64,000 bases of DNA from assembly GCA_035084275.1 (NCBI GenBank), contig CM068755.1, positions 12,772,001-12,836,000 on the forward strand, in the 5' to 3' direction. Both the position numbers and the translations under genes were made by a program. Positions within the stretch are counted from its first letter, which is position 1. Each line of letters opens with the position of its first letter. Below the pieces are notes generated by a model. That model was given only the letters and a program-made list of their open reading frames with translations. It did not search any database and had not been told where the DNA came from. Positions 24,471 through 38,849 of this stretch are shown one piece after another. The stretch is from Hydrolagus colliei. Lineage: Eukaryota.

Positions 24471-25769
24471 GACATCTGTACAGCAATGTACAGGAGAACC
24501 TGAAATTATGTTTTAACAGTGCTCAGTTTAGTATATTGTACCTGCCATTCAAGATAATCAGATCAAAATGGGAAAGTCATACCTTTCAGCAGATATTATA
24601 AAAGAGGCAGCTTTTATAGTACTTTCAAGCACTGTCCTACCTACCGAACACTTCCAGTTACATTACACTGTTCATCCCTGCAAAGGAGAGAAAATTTCCC
24701 CAGCATTGGATTTTGGAAAGAACAACAAGAAAGTAAAAGTGATGAAGTCAATCACAGGCTTGTTTGTAGCAAAAGCTTGACTGACAGAACAAATTAAGTA
24801 CTGGAGCTCAGGGTGGGTGTGAACACCAGTCTGCCACTTGTGGCATAAAAGCTCAGACCATATTTGCCATCACTGTGTACAAATACTGATAATTTTAATC
24901 AGAATTTAAACCATATTAGAGATAGTGCCTTAGTGATTTATCTCCTAAGTAAAGGGAATGTAAAGTGCTGTTATAGATTAGGATTCATGCTTTAACAATT
25001 TAATGTGGGCCTTATATCTTATTATGTGCAAAATGTGCAAAATCCATTAATTCATATCATCCAGGACTTCAGTAAAAATAGACCTCCATGTTAGCATCTG
25101 AATAAATTTTTTCATGAACAAAATTTTGTAGCAAAACACAGTCACTTCACTTTACAGTATATCATATGCGCCTCTTTGAGATATCCTCCTGACGGGAAAT
25201 GCATTGCATTAAATGCATGCATTGTTATGATTATATACTGTACCTGGAAAATCACTGTGACTGCAATGCAGGATTTTTTTGTGGGTGGCTACAGAGATCA
25301 GGAAGTGGGCGGTTTGTGTACTTGTGCACTGACCTCTGCTCTTTTCCCCTGCTCCGATTCTCACGAGCCAAAAAAACGGATAAAGAGGGTAGGTCAGCTC
25401 CAAACTAGCCAATTCCAGTTCTACATTGCTGCTAGAAAAAGTTTGGTAAAAAGATAGGAGTGATGACTTTATTTTCAACAGGTACTTTTCAGCAACCCTT
25501 ATGTACTTGGAAAACATATTTATTCTGAAATTCTTTATTGGCAATTTTTCATGGCTGAAAAAACTATTATCAATCAACTATTTAAAATAATACAATAACT
25601 TCAATAAAAGACAAGATAGTCAAGCATGCAGCCATTTTTGCCTTACTTGTTGGAGCCTCTGTCAAACAGCTTCAGAAATTTCAAAGAGTGCCGAGAGAAT
25701 TTGACTGTTTCAGGACTGAAATCAATGTTGCTATTGAACGAGTGATCTATGAATGATTTAAACATCTCT

Positions 25770-25878
25770 GCCATGAAGTACTGTATCAGCAAAGATTGTG
25801 AACTCAAAGACTCGAGGTGGAGCTTGAACTACCTTATGCCTCAGAGATGAGATTGACACCAACTTAGTCAGGTGGACA
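25770..25878 (-). mobile_element. diverged SacSINE1-like 5' fragment
   Basis: CTCAAAGACTCGAGGTGGAGCTTGAACT...CTCAGAGATGAGA..GACACCAACTTAGTCAGG is similar to 7045-7124. Confidence 0.55.
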
Positions 25879-28800
25879 TCAAAGCCCAATTCTAATGCTG
25901 AATTGATCAATGGAGCTTTCAAGGGAACAGATTTAAGGATCTGCTTTTACTATCAACAACTGTAAAATGGACATGGTTGAGTTTGTATCATGGCATTTCA
26001 TAGTAGGGCAGGGATCATGTGTGGAGGATATATGGTCACCTGATATTACTGTGGAACCAGTTCTACATAACAAGATTTCTTCACAATTGTATACCATGGT
26101 AACACTATGATAATTATCCTTTAACCTGAAAACCAACCTGTTCACATTACAAGTGCACAGTAGTATAGGTGTTCTGGAAGGATGTGTTAAAGAGTGTTCT
26201 TCATCCAAACCTCTCTTGTGATCGTGTGACTATTCTCAGCTTCTATCGTCATGTCTCATATCAGATAGGTATTAGAAAACCCTCTATGTTCATGTATATC
26301 TTACACCTAATGGTTGCATTGATCACGAGTAGATCATTATGTTTGTTTTGCTAAGTCCTCCGTGAGTAACAGCTGCAACTCAAACAGGAATTCTGTGGTG
26401 TTATGTCAACTCATTATTTCTGAAGCTTCAAAAACTGCAGCACAAAGAGATCATCTGACTCAGCCCCTAATCACAAGAGAGGACCTCCATAGAGATGAAC
26501 AATGACCCAAATCCCTTGAAGTGGAATATAAAGCTGAAGATACATTACCTTTTAGCAGAGGTCCATCTATGATATTGGCTGGGAGAATGCAACAGATCTA
26601 CTCATTCTAATGATTATTGAATAATCAGTAGAAAATGGAGCAATGGATTAACTGAAAATCTACTGACGGTCTGCTTAGTTTAAGCCAAGTGTTCTTCCAA
26701 CCTTTAATTGACATTTCTGGACAACAATTGTTCACTTTCTATCTGATTTGGGATGAAATAATACTCTTACTCACAATTTTTCCTAGGTATGCTTAATCAA
26801 TATTTATCACAGAATGTCCTTCCTGTATCTTCTTCTCTTTTAATTGCAGTGACTTACTTTAATAAGAAAATCCACCTCTATATCCACAAAGTTTTCTCTG
26901 CACTTGTCACTCTTCTGCCACTTTTCAGAAACCTTTCATTCATATGTTTGGTGTGAAGTCTACCGATGTGTTCATTCTTTTACTTGCATCTGCATTCGGT
27001 CATCCATAAATTGCCATCCAGAGAGCAAATTACATTTTTTTTCTGTCAAATGAGTTAAGTAACACTAAAATCACAGATTGGCATCTCACCTTAAAATCTT
27101 CTTATTATTTGCTTTTTAACAAAACGCTATCAATAAATGGAAAACTGAGGAGGTGGTCTTATTCATATAACCTAAGTACGGTGTTCTAAAATATATGGGA
27201 AAGGTAATAACATCCCCGGTTAAAGAAGGAAAAGAAAAGGATTACTTCAGGGAAGGATAAGTTGTTGGCCGTTGACTAATCAGAACTGTAGGGTTTTGGA
27301 AAACCATGAATAACCCATGGATTATTTCAAGTAGATACTTGGCAAAATGGTTGAAACATACTGAGAGACTGGAGCCTCTGGAAAGTACCTCTCTATGGAT
27401 GAAAGGCTAAACCCCGTTCTCTCAGCCCTTTCACGTCATTTTATGTCTCTGACTTTCTGCTGCACGATTGTACCTATATCCTAGATCTTCTTGGAAGAAT
27501 CAAAACTGACTAAAAATTAAGCTTGTAAGATTTCTCCACCTCCTTCCTAACCCATTGGTACAAAAATGAATTAACAATTCAATTGGTGCCTTGGCTGAGA
27601 TTAGGTAAGTGGCAAAATATGGAATATGAACCCGAGACATAGCTTTAGATGAATCAAACACAAAAACATATTTATATCAAATAGCATTTGTATCATTGTT
27701 AATTATATATATGTTACCATTCCAAGACGAAGTACTGTTTATTTTAGAATATAAAATGTTGATATTAGCAAAACAGGTTTAAAACCTTGAATCCTGATGA
27801 TTCTATGGAATAGTAAATCCTTTTTAAAAAAAAACTGAAACAAGGTAGTTTCTTTGGGGCAAATTCTAGGATGTTTCTGAAACAGTAGAATGACATTACA
27901 ACTACACAACGCTAATGCATTAATATATTTATCGACTGGGAATGGGGGTTGCAAGCTTCCAGCACCTGTTTCCGATTTGGAAATGGTTTGGCGAATCTGT
28001 CGGCAAAACAGCAATTAAACTCATTAACTGAAGGATTGATCCAATTAAAGCAGACCACAGTCAAGTTTCTACATACTTGAGAACCTGAAAATCTGTCACC
28101 TACTGATTGTGCTCAGGTTTGAGGGCATTTGGGACAAACTGCTTATCTAGTCAACAAAAGCAAAACAGTGTTGAATCATATCCTGAAGCGGCTAACGGCC
28201 TTATAATTGAGTACCCGTAACAGAGAAAATCTGACTGTTACTCAATATTATTCAATGAAATTACCAGGCCACATCAATACATGTTGTATTTTGTGACTAA
28301 AATAATGATAATCTCTTATCTTTGATGGTGTTAATGATTCCTCCTCAGTGTTGGCAGTAGATGGGATCTTTTTCAAAAGCTGTGACTCTGCAGTTCAATC
28401 TTACCCTATCCTCTACAGCAATCCAAGTACAGTAGTTGGAGCTAGTCTCTTCCCAGTCCAGTCAATAACTATGATACCATCACTGTCAGCTCACCTGTGT
28501 TTGAACCAAGGGCTCAATGCAGATGGAGGAAAGGTTGGTCTCCAAAGCATGGTTTGGTTCACAGAAATCAATAAAAGACTCGAGACTGTGAGAACTTTAT
28601 TAGTTCATTGTCTTTCAAGTTTCCTCATTCATCTGTACTTAAGTCAAGCAGTGTGTACATTTATTGTCAGCACTAAGATACGGTAGGAATCAATACCGCT
28701 TGATGGCTGTAGACATAAGGGAATTGCATCCCATATAAACTTTAAATATGATTTGATGAATTACAAAATAAAAATAAAGTAAATATCAATAGCTGCAAAA

Positions 28801-29581
28801 CATTTATGGAAAAGTTAGGCTAAGAATGAAGAAATAATTTTTACAAATGTACAAATAATAACAGGACAATGCTTACAATTTTAACCAAAATGTGTAATAT
28901 GTAGTTAAGAAATGTTTTTGAGGTACATCCAATGGTTCTCAATGTGATTTGTGATGGAGAGAATCACAATGCTTGTCAACAGTTTGATTCACTGAGCCAC
29001 ATGGAAGACAAATGTGCTAAAATTTGTTTGAGTTTAATTTTCTTTTAAACTTAACAGAGAATTTTTCTGAAGAATGACTGATCATCATTTATGTGTGATT
29101 GCACTATTGAAATATTCTCATATCACTTTTACTAAATCTTTATTAAAAAGTCCTCTGCTTCAATAATCTAGACCACGATGTACGATAAATAACTTGTATA
29201 ATTGTTTTATTGCCGCAATGATTCATTGCGATAATTCAGGTTCAGGAACACTCGTGCTGGAACTTTATGTCATTATTTTCTTCCCCCAAAAGTTATCTAT
29301 TGTACATTTTTGTTTTCTTTATTCACATTTATAAAGCTTTGCAATTACACTCAAAAATAAAAAGCAAGGTCAGGAAGGGCAGAGAGGTAGGACTGCAGCT
29401 GAAAGGACGGTCAAAGAGGAGGGTCTTGAGACTGGTCTTGAAGAAGGAAAAATAAACATATTACCCTCATCTCATGGAACAATCCACAAAAAGCATCAGT
29501 TTAGATAGCTGATGACTTTTGGCAATGAAATTCTATCTCGTATCAGTGAGCCCCAACCAATACTTTAGCACTAAATGTACA

Positions 29582-29628
29582 TTTCAGATCCTCTGTTTCA
29601 GATCCTCATTTCAGATCCTCTGATCCTC
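29582..29628. repeat. short tandem repeat, unit TTTCAGATCCTC, ~3.5 copies
   Basis: Units start at 29582, 29596 and 29609, with a partial GATCCTC at 29622. Confidence 0.85.
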
Positions 29629-29672
29629 TGAACCCTAATATTCTTTATTGGACATTCACAGACCTCGTTCAC

Positions 29673-29839
29673 GCCAGTTTGTGGGATACTGCTGTGTGTG
29701 GGAGATTGCTGTATGGAAAATTGGTTCCTATGTTCACCTACAAAATACAGTCTCTACACTTTGCAGTAAATCCTATGAAGCGCTTTGGGAGGTCCTCCCA
29801 ACATTAAAGGTGCTTTATCAAATGCAAGGATTATTGTTA
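29673..29839 (+). mobile_element. 3' part of Deu-SINE-like element with L2-type tail
   Basis: GTTTGTGGGATACTGCTGT...AAATTGG...CACCTACAAAATACAGTC...GAAGCGCTTTGGGAGGTCCTCCCAAC...TATCAAATGCAAGGATTATT. Confidence 0.8.
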
Positions 29840-32094
29840 GTGATATCAGACCACATTCTGGGTTCGGCAAGTTGCTTTCCTGCAGTTCTTGAAACGAAAA
29901 CATGCAATGCAACTGTGTAACTCTATAAGGCTTACTGGAGCCTAAGCACAGCATTTATTTAATCATTTACAGACTTTAAATTAGCCAACATAATCATGAT
30001 AATTAGGAATACCTTTTACAAGGATTATTTTTCCATGTGTATTTTCTTTAAAGCTTTTTTTTTCTTAGATGGTCTCAGCACAATTGTATTCCCATGCCAT
30101 TGGTACTGGGGGGGCTTGCATGGAAGTGAGTGAGTTTTGCACCTGATGTGGGTGTAACAAGAGGCCAGTGTAACAGCCTTTTTGTAAATAGATAATTTTA
30201 AATACATTGCTGGATGATGCACCTGTGAGACACAAACATAAAAATGATCTTCCACAGTTCAAATCAACCTTAAATTATGTGCCACAGGTTGAGAATGATA
30301 ATGGAATTAGCTAATTGGAATCAAGGGGTCAGATCTTAGTCACTTCATCAGTGCAATGGACTTCACATTTCCAGCCATAGGTGACACATCCAGTCTGGAA
30401 ATATTTCATAATAAAATACCAGAAGATAATGTTATTGCATAGCAACATCTTAATGAGCCTACTTAAAACTACTCTCCACATCATGTGTAGTCTAAATCAG
30501 CCATCAATCAGGAATAATCCTGTGCTCCCAAACCACCCAGAACTCAATTCAGATCTGATGGCCAGAAGTGAATATTGCTCTATTAAATCATCACCTTGGT
30601 CTTAGGATTTAAATGCAAGTTGAAGAAACCAAAAGGCACTTGGCACAAATGTGAAGCTGCACTTTAATTATGGCAAACTAATGAGGCAATTTGCACTGCG
30701 GAAAAATGTAAATGTTGATTTCGCTCTTACAGTGTAGCTTTCCTCACATTTAAACAATCAGTCAATGATGCAAATTAATTGTTCTGAGGGCAACATATTT
30801 TATCAGATGAATTGCAAGTTGAACCGCCAGTTTAAACAGTGGATTTCATTTATAAATATGAAGTTTCAATCTCTCTGAATTGCAGGTAACTGATTTGGCT
30901 CATCTTCACAACCGCGATTTGTATTTAAGAGATTTATTTCACAAAGGACAAAGCACCCAAAGTATTTTACCCATCAAATTGAGGATAATCAATTGTTATC
31001 CTCCAATTGGCTTTGTATACCTGTACCTCATTCTCCTCCTATACATGCAAGTGGGCCAAAACTTGTTACTCCAAATTCCTTCCTTGCTGCAAATCTATAT
31101 GTTTCTATTCAGGAGTCATCTCAGTTGCCTCTTCCACACGGAAAATGTTTCCATCACTCACTGAAGCATGGGCTGAGCTGATGTGATCTGCTCATTGGCC
31201 TTTGTGCCTGATCTAAGGCACAACTGTGGACTTTGTGTTGCTTAATGGCCTTAAACAAGACTTTAACAAGCTTAATAAGGCATGTGCACAATTTGGCAAA
31301 CATTATTTTTTTTACTGGAATTTTAAACGGAAGAATATTAGATCAGGAGTAGCACAATATGTTGCATTAATATTAATTATTGCTCTTGCGTGTGCCTTTA
31401 TACATCCGACCTAATGTTGTTAAATTAGCGTTCCTTAATTGTTCAGACAACTTGTGGTGAAATATTCAGTTCTGTAAATGCAGAATGATGGCCGGTGGAC
31501 ACAGTCAGTCATGAATATTTTTATGGTGTAGCGCCCCTAAGCAACCCTGGGTCAGACACATATTGTTGCTATGGCATTTTCCAAGGCCTCAAGTAAGCTT
31601 CCGTGCTGTTGTATTCAAAGGTTATTGTTGAATGGCTTACAGTTTTATATCATGGTTAAGACTTTTCTAGCTCAAGTTATGGGATAACGAACATTTGCTT
31701 TCCTTACATTTAAAAAATTAGGCGTTATTCAAGGACACATGTATATTTCATCACCAGGAAGTAAAAAATACGGTCTGAAATATACCCTTATGTAGGTCAT
31801 CAAAATGAACACTGCAGTTTCAAAAGAATGTAGTGCAGACCCCCCTTATGGGTTTCACTGGTGACAGCAGCAGCTGGGATGCATGACTGTTTGCATATAG
31901 TGGAAAACAGCTGTACTACATTGCTAACCTCTGGGACAATGTGCATTCAATATGTGTTTGGACAGGTTTGGTTGGGTATTGAGGTCAATGCACTGCCAGC
32001 TACTACTGTGCATGATTCCACCAAGCCCTGAAAGCTAGGCATAAAAAACCCTTTACTTTTTCATTGTCTAAATAATAAATAACTACCCATACGA

Positions 32095-32370
32095 ATATTG
32101 AGATTTATCACACTGAAACATCTCAAAGTCACTTCAGAGTTTTTTTTGTAAAGTGTAATGACTGAATTTGTAGGTGAACCTAACAGCCAATTTGCACAAG
32201 GATAATTTGACCCTCAAATGACTGTGAAGCAAAGGGCCGTATTTTCTTGTGCTTTGCAATGAGAGAAACTCTCTTTTCATTTCGAATAATCTGATTTTTA
32301 ATGTCTGCCACAGAACTCAGTTTAGTATCTCTTCTGAAACACAGCATCTCTAACAATATAGCACTTTCTG
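32095..32370 (-). mobile_element. heavily diverged SacSINE1-like SINE
   Basis: ACATCTCAAAGTCACTTCA...TGTAAAGTGTAATGACTG..TTTGTAGGTGAAC..CAGCCAATTTGCACA...TTCGAATA...CTCAGTTTA..ATCTC, which parallels 6745-7020. Confidence 0.6.
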
Positions 32371-32801
32371 ACAATATATCAATACCTCAATGATTATTGT
32401 AGCTCAGATGTACAGGATAAATAATGGACATAAAAGTACTAACACTTTCCAGTATAATATTACTCTTGTGAAAATGATTGTAATCTGACTTTTTTTTTAA
32501 TGAAAGGATAAATTAGCTGTTTTGATTCAACCATGCATATTATAATTATTGGTGCCTAGACGACACCAAAGTGACCCCAAAGAAGCCAACTACAAGATGA
32601 CAAGTGAGGAACATATAAGGGAAGCCCTCAAGCCCATTTGAACTTATCCTTCTAGAATATCCACTCTATCGTCATTCCATTATAGTATCAAGCTATTAAT
32701 TAGGTCCAGGTGCAGTTCACGTGGGTAAACAGAACAGAACTATTCTCAAAATGGAAAGCAAAACTATTGGCCTATTGAATGCTCATGTATCTCTACCATG
32801 A

Positions 32802-32920
32802 TTGTTTTGCCCACAAAAATACAGTCAATTCACTTTACAGTGTATTCTGTAAAGCACTTTGAGCCATCTTGAAGACGTTATAAGGTGCTATATCAAATGC
32901 AAGGTTTATTATTATTGTTA
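32802..32920 (+). mobile_element. 3' fragment of the (ATT)n SINE
   Basis: GTTTTGCCCACAAAAATACAGTCAATTCACTTTACAGTGTATTCTG...GCTATATCAAATGCAAGG.TTATTATTATT. Confidence 0.85.
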
Positions 32921-35900
32921 CTATAGACCATTTGGCAATTACATTTATGGTCTACATTACACTTATTTTTAAAGATATTACATTGCTCCCTTTACAAATT
33001 GCAATTCTTATCTAATCATTTTATAATGATGCAGTGAAGCGATAGCTACTTTTGGCAATCATGGATCCCGTTGCTTCTCAAATTATTATGATTATATATA
33101 AAGATATTGAAATAATCTGCATTTACAGTACCTAAGAATAATTAGATATTAGAAGCAGCTTGCCCTGAACATATTGGTCAATAATATGGTAAATAACGGA
33201 CGGTACGATATATACTGAGGCCTGTCTATAATGACTACCTTTGGGACTAGCTTGAATTGGCTTTTCTAGACAGACAGTCTCCAGACTACTGGCTGAAGTC
33301 TAAATCATTCATTTGTTGTTGGTATTGTCATGACCTGATCACTATCGACAGGTGGTCTCTGTGTATAGACTTTGGTGTGTCAGCAGCCATTATTAACCCT
33401 TTGGATTATTCCTGTAGCATCTATGGAGCAAAATCAAAGCAAAGCATTTGTGGGGAGGTGGGGACAAGAAATACTGTGAATTAAAAAGAATGTTGGCACA
33501 TATTTTCCTATCTAGTTTATAATAATGGAGGTTGGAATTTTATTCTAGATACTGATCTGAATTCACTTTATTTTGTCACCCTGAAGAACTACTTAATGGT
33601 GTGAGGACAAAAGGTTTGAATCCCAGGTGGGCTGTGTTACTTTCTGCTACCCCAATAGCTCAGTGAATTGAACTAATCGGTCCTTGAGGCACGCAGACCA
33701 GGAAGTATACCCAGGTGTGATCTGAGGCCTATTCTGAGCTGTTCCAATGGCTTCAGAATAGTTACATCATTCAAACGATTCATCTGTTTGTGAAAGATCC
33801 TTTAATGAAGCTCTCTTGGAGTTCATTGCAAGTGACGTTAGTTTACAGCTTATTATAATAACAATTTATAATTTATTATTATTGATGTGGTTTTGTTTGG
33901 ATTTTGCATTGGAGGAGAGGAAGTTTCAAAATATTAAACATGTGCTTCTCAATGACACTTCAGTTTTGCAGCTTTTTAAAACCGTTGCTTAAGGATGGAA
34001 AATTTTATTGCATGTATTTGGTTACAACATTGTATTACCAATCTGAAATGCTCCATATCAAACATAGAGAAGTCTTAAAACAATTCGTAAAGGTCATTCC
34101 AACAGTTGCAATGCCAGAAAATGTTGGATGAAACCAGGGTAGCTGGTGCTGAGACAAAAATGTCTTGTTCTTCCTGACCGTAAATATGGTAATAGAAGTA
34201 CTAAAATAGACAGGCATAAAATAGCAAATTTGCAGTTCAACTTTTCCATTAGCATAAATGTGATTATGAATCTAGTCTGTTAATATGGGAAATAATCCTG
34301 GGCTAAGGTTAAAAAAGTGTCTTCCAGTTGTTCAAGAGTCCAACAAACTAATATGTGGCACAACTTTTCGTGTCAAATTCGTACATGATGCTACAATTTA
34401 AAATACTCTAAATGCCAAAAGGTTGAATGCTTATATTTGAAGCTGGATCCTGAGAAAAGTAATTAATAAAAAGAAAATAAATGTTGACCAAAGCTATTAA
34501 ATAATTCCAGATTTAAAACAGTGATCAGCACCAGTGTCTCTGAGCAAACAACTGCTTCATAGAAAGATACTACAGGATAAAGGGATAGGTATGAGTGTAC
34601 CTGATCAAACGTTATGTGCCTTCAATCAGGTTCGGACCACACAACTATCGTCTGGGAAATGTAACCAGTCAAAGATGAATAACATTGGCTGTAATGTTAG
34701 ATTACTCTCCTGCAGTTTGCTTTTGCTCAATCACTTTTTCTTTGTTGGGATAGGGAGTGCCGGTTAGAGAGAAATGTCCAGACTTCACTCTGCTTGGAAG
34801 TATTATCTGTGGTTACCCAGCACCCACAGTAGATTAAATAAGTTAGGGAGAGTTCTTGACAGTGCTAACAGAACATGATTCTGTCAAAAGCAACAGGCCT
34901 GATGAGCAACAGGGCCGACTGTTACTCAATCACATTTTACATTCTTTTATATTCTTTGTATTGTAAAGATATCTTTTCTATCTTTTATATATTAACATGA
35001 GGTATACATTAATATATTCATAACACGTCATCAAAATGTACTACAACCAGCCTTTTATGAAGATAGTAAATTAAAAAAAGTAACTATTTTAGACAATGAC
35101 ATCAAAACAACCAAACACAGGAAGGATCTAAGTAATTCTGAAAACGATTTAATTAATAAAGACACATAAGGCTGTTTTCAAGCGAAAAACCTAACTGTTC
35201 AATCACACAACTCATAAAAGCTGAATGTCCACATATAAACTATCATGTAGCCATTCACAATACACAAAGCCTTCTGCAATTTCAAGTATAAATGTGTCTG
35301 TGTTCAGATCTTAATTTTCATATCGCCACAGGGGATAGTGCTCCACCGGGGGTTATATATTCATGTGGGAAAGAAAAAAAGATCTTTAACTTATAAATAC
35401 CCTGCATTACTGTATCATTGGTGTGAAATGCTTAAATCACTGACAACAATGAGTTCCAGGCATTCCTGCACTTTGCAAATTACATCACGACTTGTGTGGA
35501 TCTGAAACATTCCTGAGCTGTAGACTCTCCACGTGTGAAAGTTCTGCTGCAATTCATTCATAGGGGGAGGAGGGGTAAGAAACCTAACGTCTGTATAATA
35601 TACAGAATATATTGCCTACCTAATGCTAAACCAAAATTCTGCAATAGGAAGCAAGGTGTTATGTTAAAATATAGAACATGTTCCATCACCCCACTATTTT
35701 ATCCACATTTTACAGAGTACATACATTCAATTTCCCATTTCACTACGACTTATTCTATTTCACCATAACAACTGAGCTCTGAGGTCTGACTTTGTAATGG
35801 CATAAAACTTAATACCTGTAACACCTTTTTTTAAAATACAGAAATTGTCAATTTTTTAAGATGAAAAATCTGTCAATCTGCCAGTCAGTTTAAGACAATT

Positions 35901-37058
35901 CTAGAGTCTAATCGTGATACAACATTTATAAACTGCTTGAACTTTGCTTACCCAGTCATTGATCAAATTATTCTCTCATACCCAATGACACTACCTATGA
36001 TCTGATGTAATCCAGCAGTGCTTTATGTCTGTATTCAGCCTGGTGCGCATTTCAGTTTGTTCCAAATGAATAGCTGATAGGTATACGTGTAAATCAATCA
36101 CTCTGAAAATCCCCAGACCACACACACAATCTATATTCATTGTACTAATGATTACTTTAACAGTAAATTATTGTTGAGTGAATGTTTTGTTCAGATTACA
36201 CATTTTAATCAGCTTTATGGCTCACATTTCATAATCACATTCTACATTACATCTTATTCGGCAGCTGTAGTTTAGATTTTATAAATGTTTTAACTGTGTT
36301 AAACACCATTTAAGACACTTGCTTATAAAACATTTGCGTCATTTACACTGGAGGCTTTTTACTGGTATAAATCAAGCATAAAAGTCAACCTGCCGGATCG
36401 CGGGCTGAAAATAGCATATCTAAGGCTGAAGGAATTTATTCAGTGAGCGTCTCAGCAATGCAGATCTATAAGCTCCTATGTTCAATCAGAGAATTGGGCT
36501 TAGTGCACCCTGATTTGGAGAGCAAGAAACCCTCTTGGGTGTGTTTAGCTGGTGAGGACAGAATCAGGTTGAGCTGCAATAATAATATTTGGCCCACTGA
36601 GCCATTTTATCAGTCAATGGAAGTTTTTCTTGTGTTTTCAATACAGTTTCCTTGCCTTGTGTCTGTATGACCAAACATTAAGTACAGTAACAATCTCCTT
36701 CCCCCTCAAATTATCAAATTGACCAAGCGCATCGTGACAATTATTGTGTCACGTGTTATGGCCTATTTGGGTGCATATTCCCATAATTATTTGTGGGAAG
36801 AAATTCTTTCCTGGATTCCAAATCCATGCACCTATTCCATGTGCCATGACATTTCTTGTGCAGAATGTATCAATGTGGCTTCCCTGGTTTAAAAACCTAC
36901 CAACATTCACCATTATGGCTCGCAAATGATTTCTAGCACTTTAGTGAAGTTGAGCGAGGAGTGTGGCTCAGGTGAGATAAGGAAGTCAAATGGATTCAGG
37001 AGAGAAGATTTGGAGGAAAATTATAGAGAAAATAAAAGGAAACAATGGATAGCATAAG

Positions 37059-37706
37059 CAACAACAACAACAACAATTTACATTTATAGAGCGCCTTTCA
37101 CGTCGGGAGGACGTCCCAAGGCGCTGCACAGGAGGCGTGTGACCCGAGCTGGGAGGGGAGTGTTTGGGAAGGGGTGAAACATGAAGGGGAGGTAATAGAG
37201 TTCGGGGTGGAACAAAAGGCACGATCGAAGAGGAAAGTCTTCAAACCGGCCTTGAAAGAGGAAAGGGAAGAGACGAAACGGAGGGATTGAGGGATGGCAT
37301 TCCATAAGGTGGGAGCGGAGAAACTGAAGGCCCGGCCTCCGATGGTGGGGCGGTTCGGGCGGGGGGCTTGGAGCAGGCCAAGTCCTGTTGAACGGAGGGT
37401 CCGGGTGGGCGTGTAGGGGGAGAGTAGATCGGTTAAGTAGGATGGGGCAAGGCCGTGCAAGGCCTTGTAGGTGAGGACGAGGATCTTAAACTCGATCCTC
37501 TGGAGGATGGGGAGCCAGTGGAGACGGGCGAGGGTGGGGGTTATGTGGTCGCGGAGGCGGGTGCGAGATAGTACATGGGCTGCAGAGTTTTGGATGGCCT
37601 GCAGCCTATGAATGGAGGAACTGGGGAGGCCGACTAGGAGAGAATTTCCGTAGTCCAGCCGTGAGGTGATGTATGCATGCACGAGTGTTTCAGCAGCGCG
37701 GGGATC
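37059..37706 (-). mobile_element. 5'-truncated L2 (LINE2) retrotransposon, ~650 bp, relatively young
   Basis: An open frame encodes the L2 ORF2 C-terminus AAETLVHAYITSRLDYGNSLLVGLP...QNSAAHVL...HITPTLARLHWLPILQRIEFKIL...GGRAFSFSAPTLWNAIP...FKAGLKTFLF. It is followed by a 3' stem-loop region and a (GTT)6 tail, and is GC- and CpG-rich against the background. Confidence 0.95.
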
Positions 37707-38399
37707 AGCAGATCAGAACTACAGGATGTTCTGCACTGCATGGTAAAGTTTCCATATACTTTTCCACCCCATAATGTAAAATTGTGTGTGAGATACGGAT
37801 GCCTCACTGAAAGTTTAATGACCCTGATTGGTGGTGGTTGAAAAGGATTGACAGATCTTCAGAAATAAATTAATTTGAATTGATCTCTTTCCCCCTTATC
37901 ATTTTTCTAAGTACACATCCTAAATCTATTACAAAACCTAAATCTTTATATTTTTGAAGCAGGCGATATTTTTAAGCGGGTGTGAATCCATTCTCCGCTA
38001 TACTTTACTTCCTGTTTACTTTGTCAGCTAGCGAAGATACCTGTATCAATAATTAAATTAACTGATCTTTTCTGCATTGTGTAATGCAATAGGTCAAACT
38101 TGATTTGAGTAGATTCCTGCCCCTCAATCAGCTGATTTAAATGCCATAACCCAAAGCAGAATTTTTGTCTTTTGTTTTTGCAAATGCACAAATGTAATTC
38201 TGTTGGGCTTTTCAAGTCTCAACCAGCATCAGTGATGTGTCATCCATATCCTAAACTTGAAGCTAAAACCACTCTTACCACCTGGAATAGCTTGAAGCAA
38301 TGTAATAGCGAGTGCCAGAAGTGAGACTTTCGCTAATTTGCAAAACTTAAACTGAAAATTTATGCAGAAGCTATTACTTTGTATTGAAAGAAGTTATTC

Positions 38400-38484
38400 C
38401 CTTTACCATATATTCGGTGAAGCGATTTGAGATGTCTTAATGACATCCTAAAAGGCTATATCAAATGCAACGGTTATTATTATT
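38400..38484 (+). mobile_element. 3' tail fragment of the (ATT)n SINE
   Basis: TATTCGGTGAAGCGATTTGAGATGTC...GCTATATCAAATGCAA.GGTTATTATTATT. Confidence 0.75.
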
Positions 38485-38556
38485 CTATTAACAACATTTA
38501 GGTGTTCACTTTTCATATCATTTACAATGGATAGATGCGAATTACAGGCACAGAAT

Positions 38557-38818
38557 CAACAACAACAACAATTTACATTTATATAGCGCCTTTCACGTCG
38601 GGAGGACGTCCCAAGGCGCTAAACAAGAGGCGTGTGACCCGAGCTGGGAGGGGAGTGTTTGGGAAGGGGTGAAACACGAAGGGGAGGTAAAAGAGTTCGG
38701 GGTGGAACAAAAGGCACGATCGAAGAGGAAAGTCTTCGATCTTGAAAGAGGAAAGGGAAGAGGCGAAACAGAGGGATTGAGGGATGGCATTCCATAAGGT
38801 GGGAGGGGAGAAACTGAA
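38557..38818 (-). mobile_element. second 5'-truncated copy of the same L2 family (~260 bp)
   Basis: Highly similar to 37059-37328, with a few substitutions and one short indel. Encodes FSFSPPTLWNAIPQSL...SSFK and ends in a (GTT)n tail. Confidence 0.95.
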
Positions 38819-38849
38819 CACAACAAACAGACACAAATATAAACAATAC

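Noticed and set aside
29582-29628. CRISPR-like or functional repeat array
   Set aside because: The 12-bp units have no spacers and the context is vertebrate; this is a simple slippage duplication.
36255-36395. Ancient palindromic (Eulor/UCON-like) element
   Set aside because: Arm complementarity is weak and could arise from AT-richness.
37098-37682. 194-aa ORF as a host gene
   Set aside because: It is the C-terminal part of L2 ORF2 in a 5'-truncated insertion with no true start.
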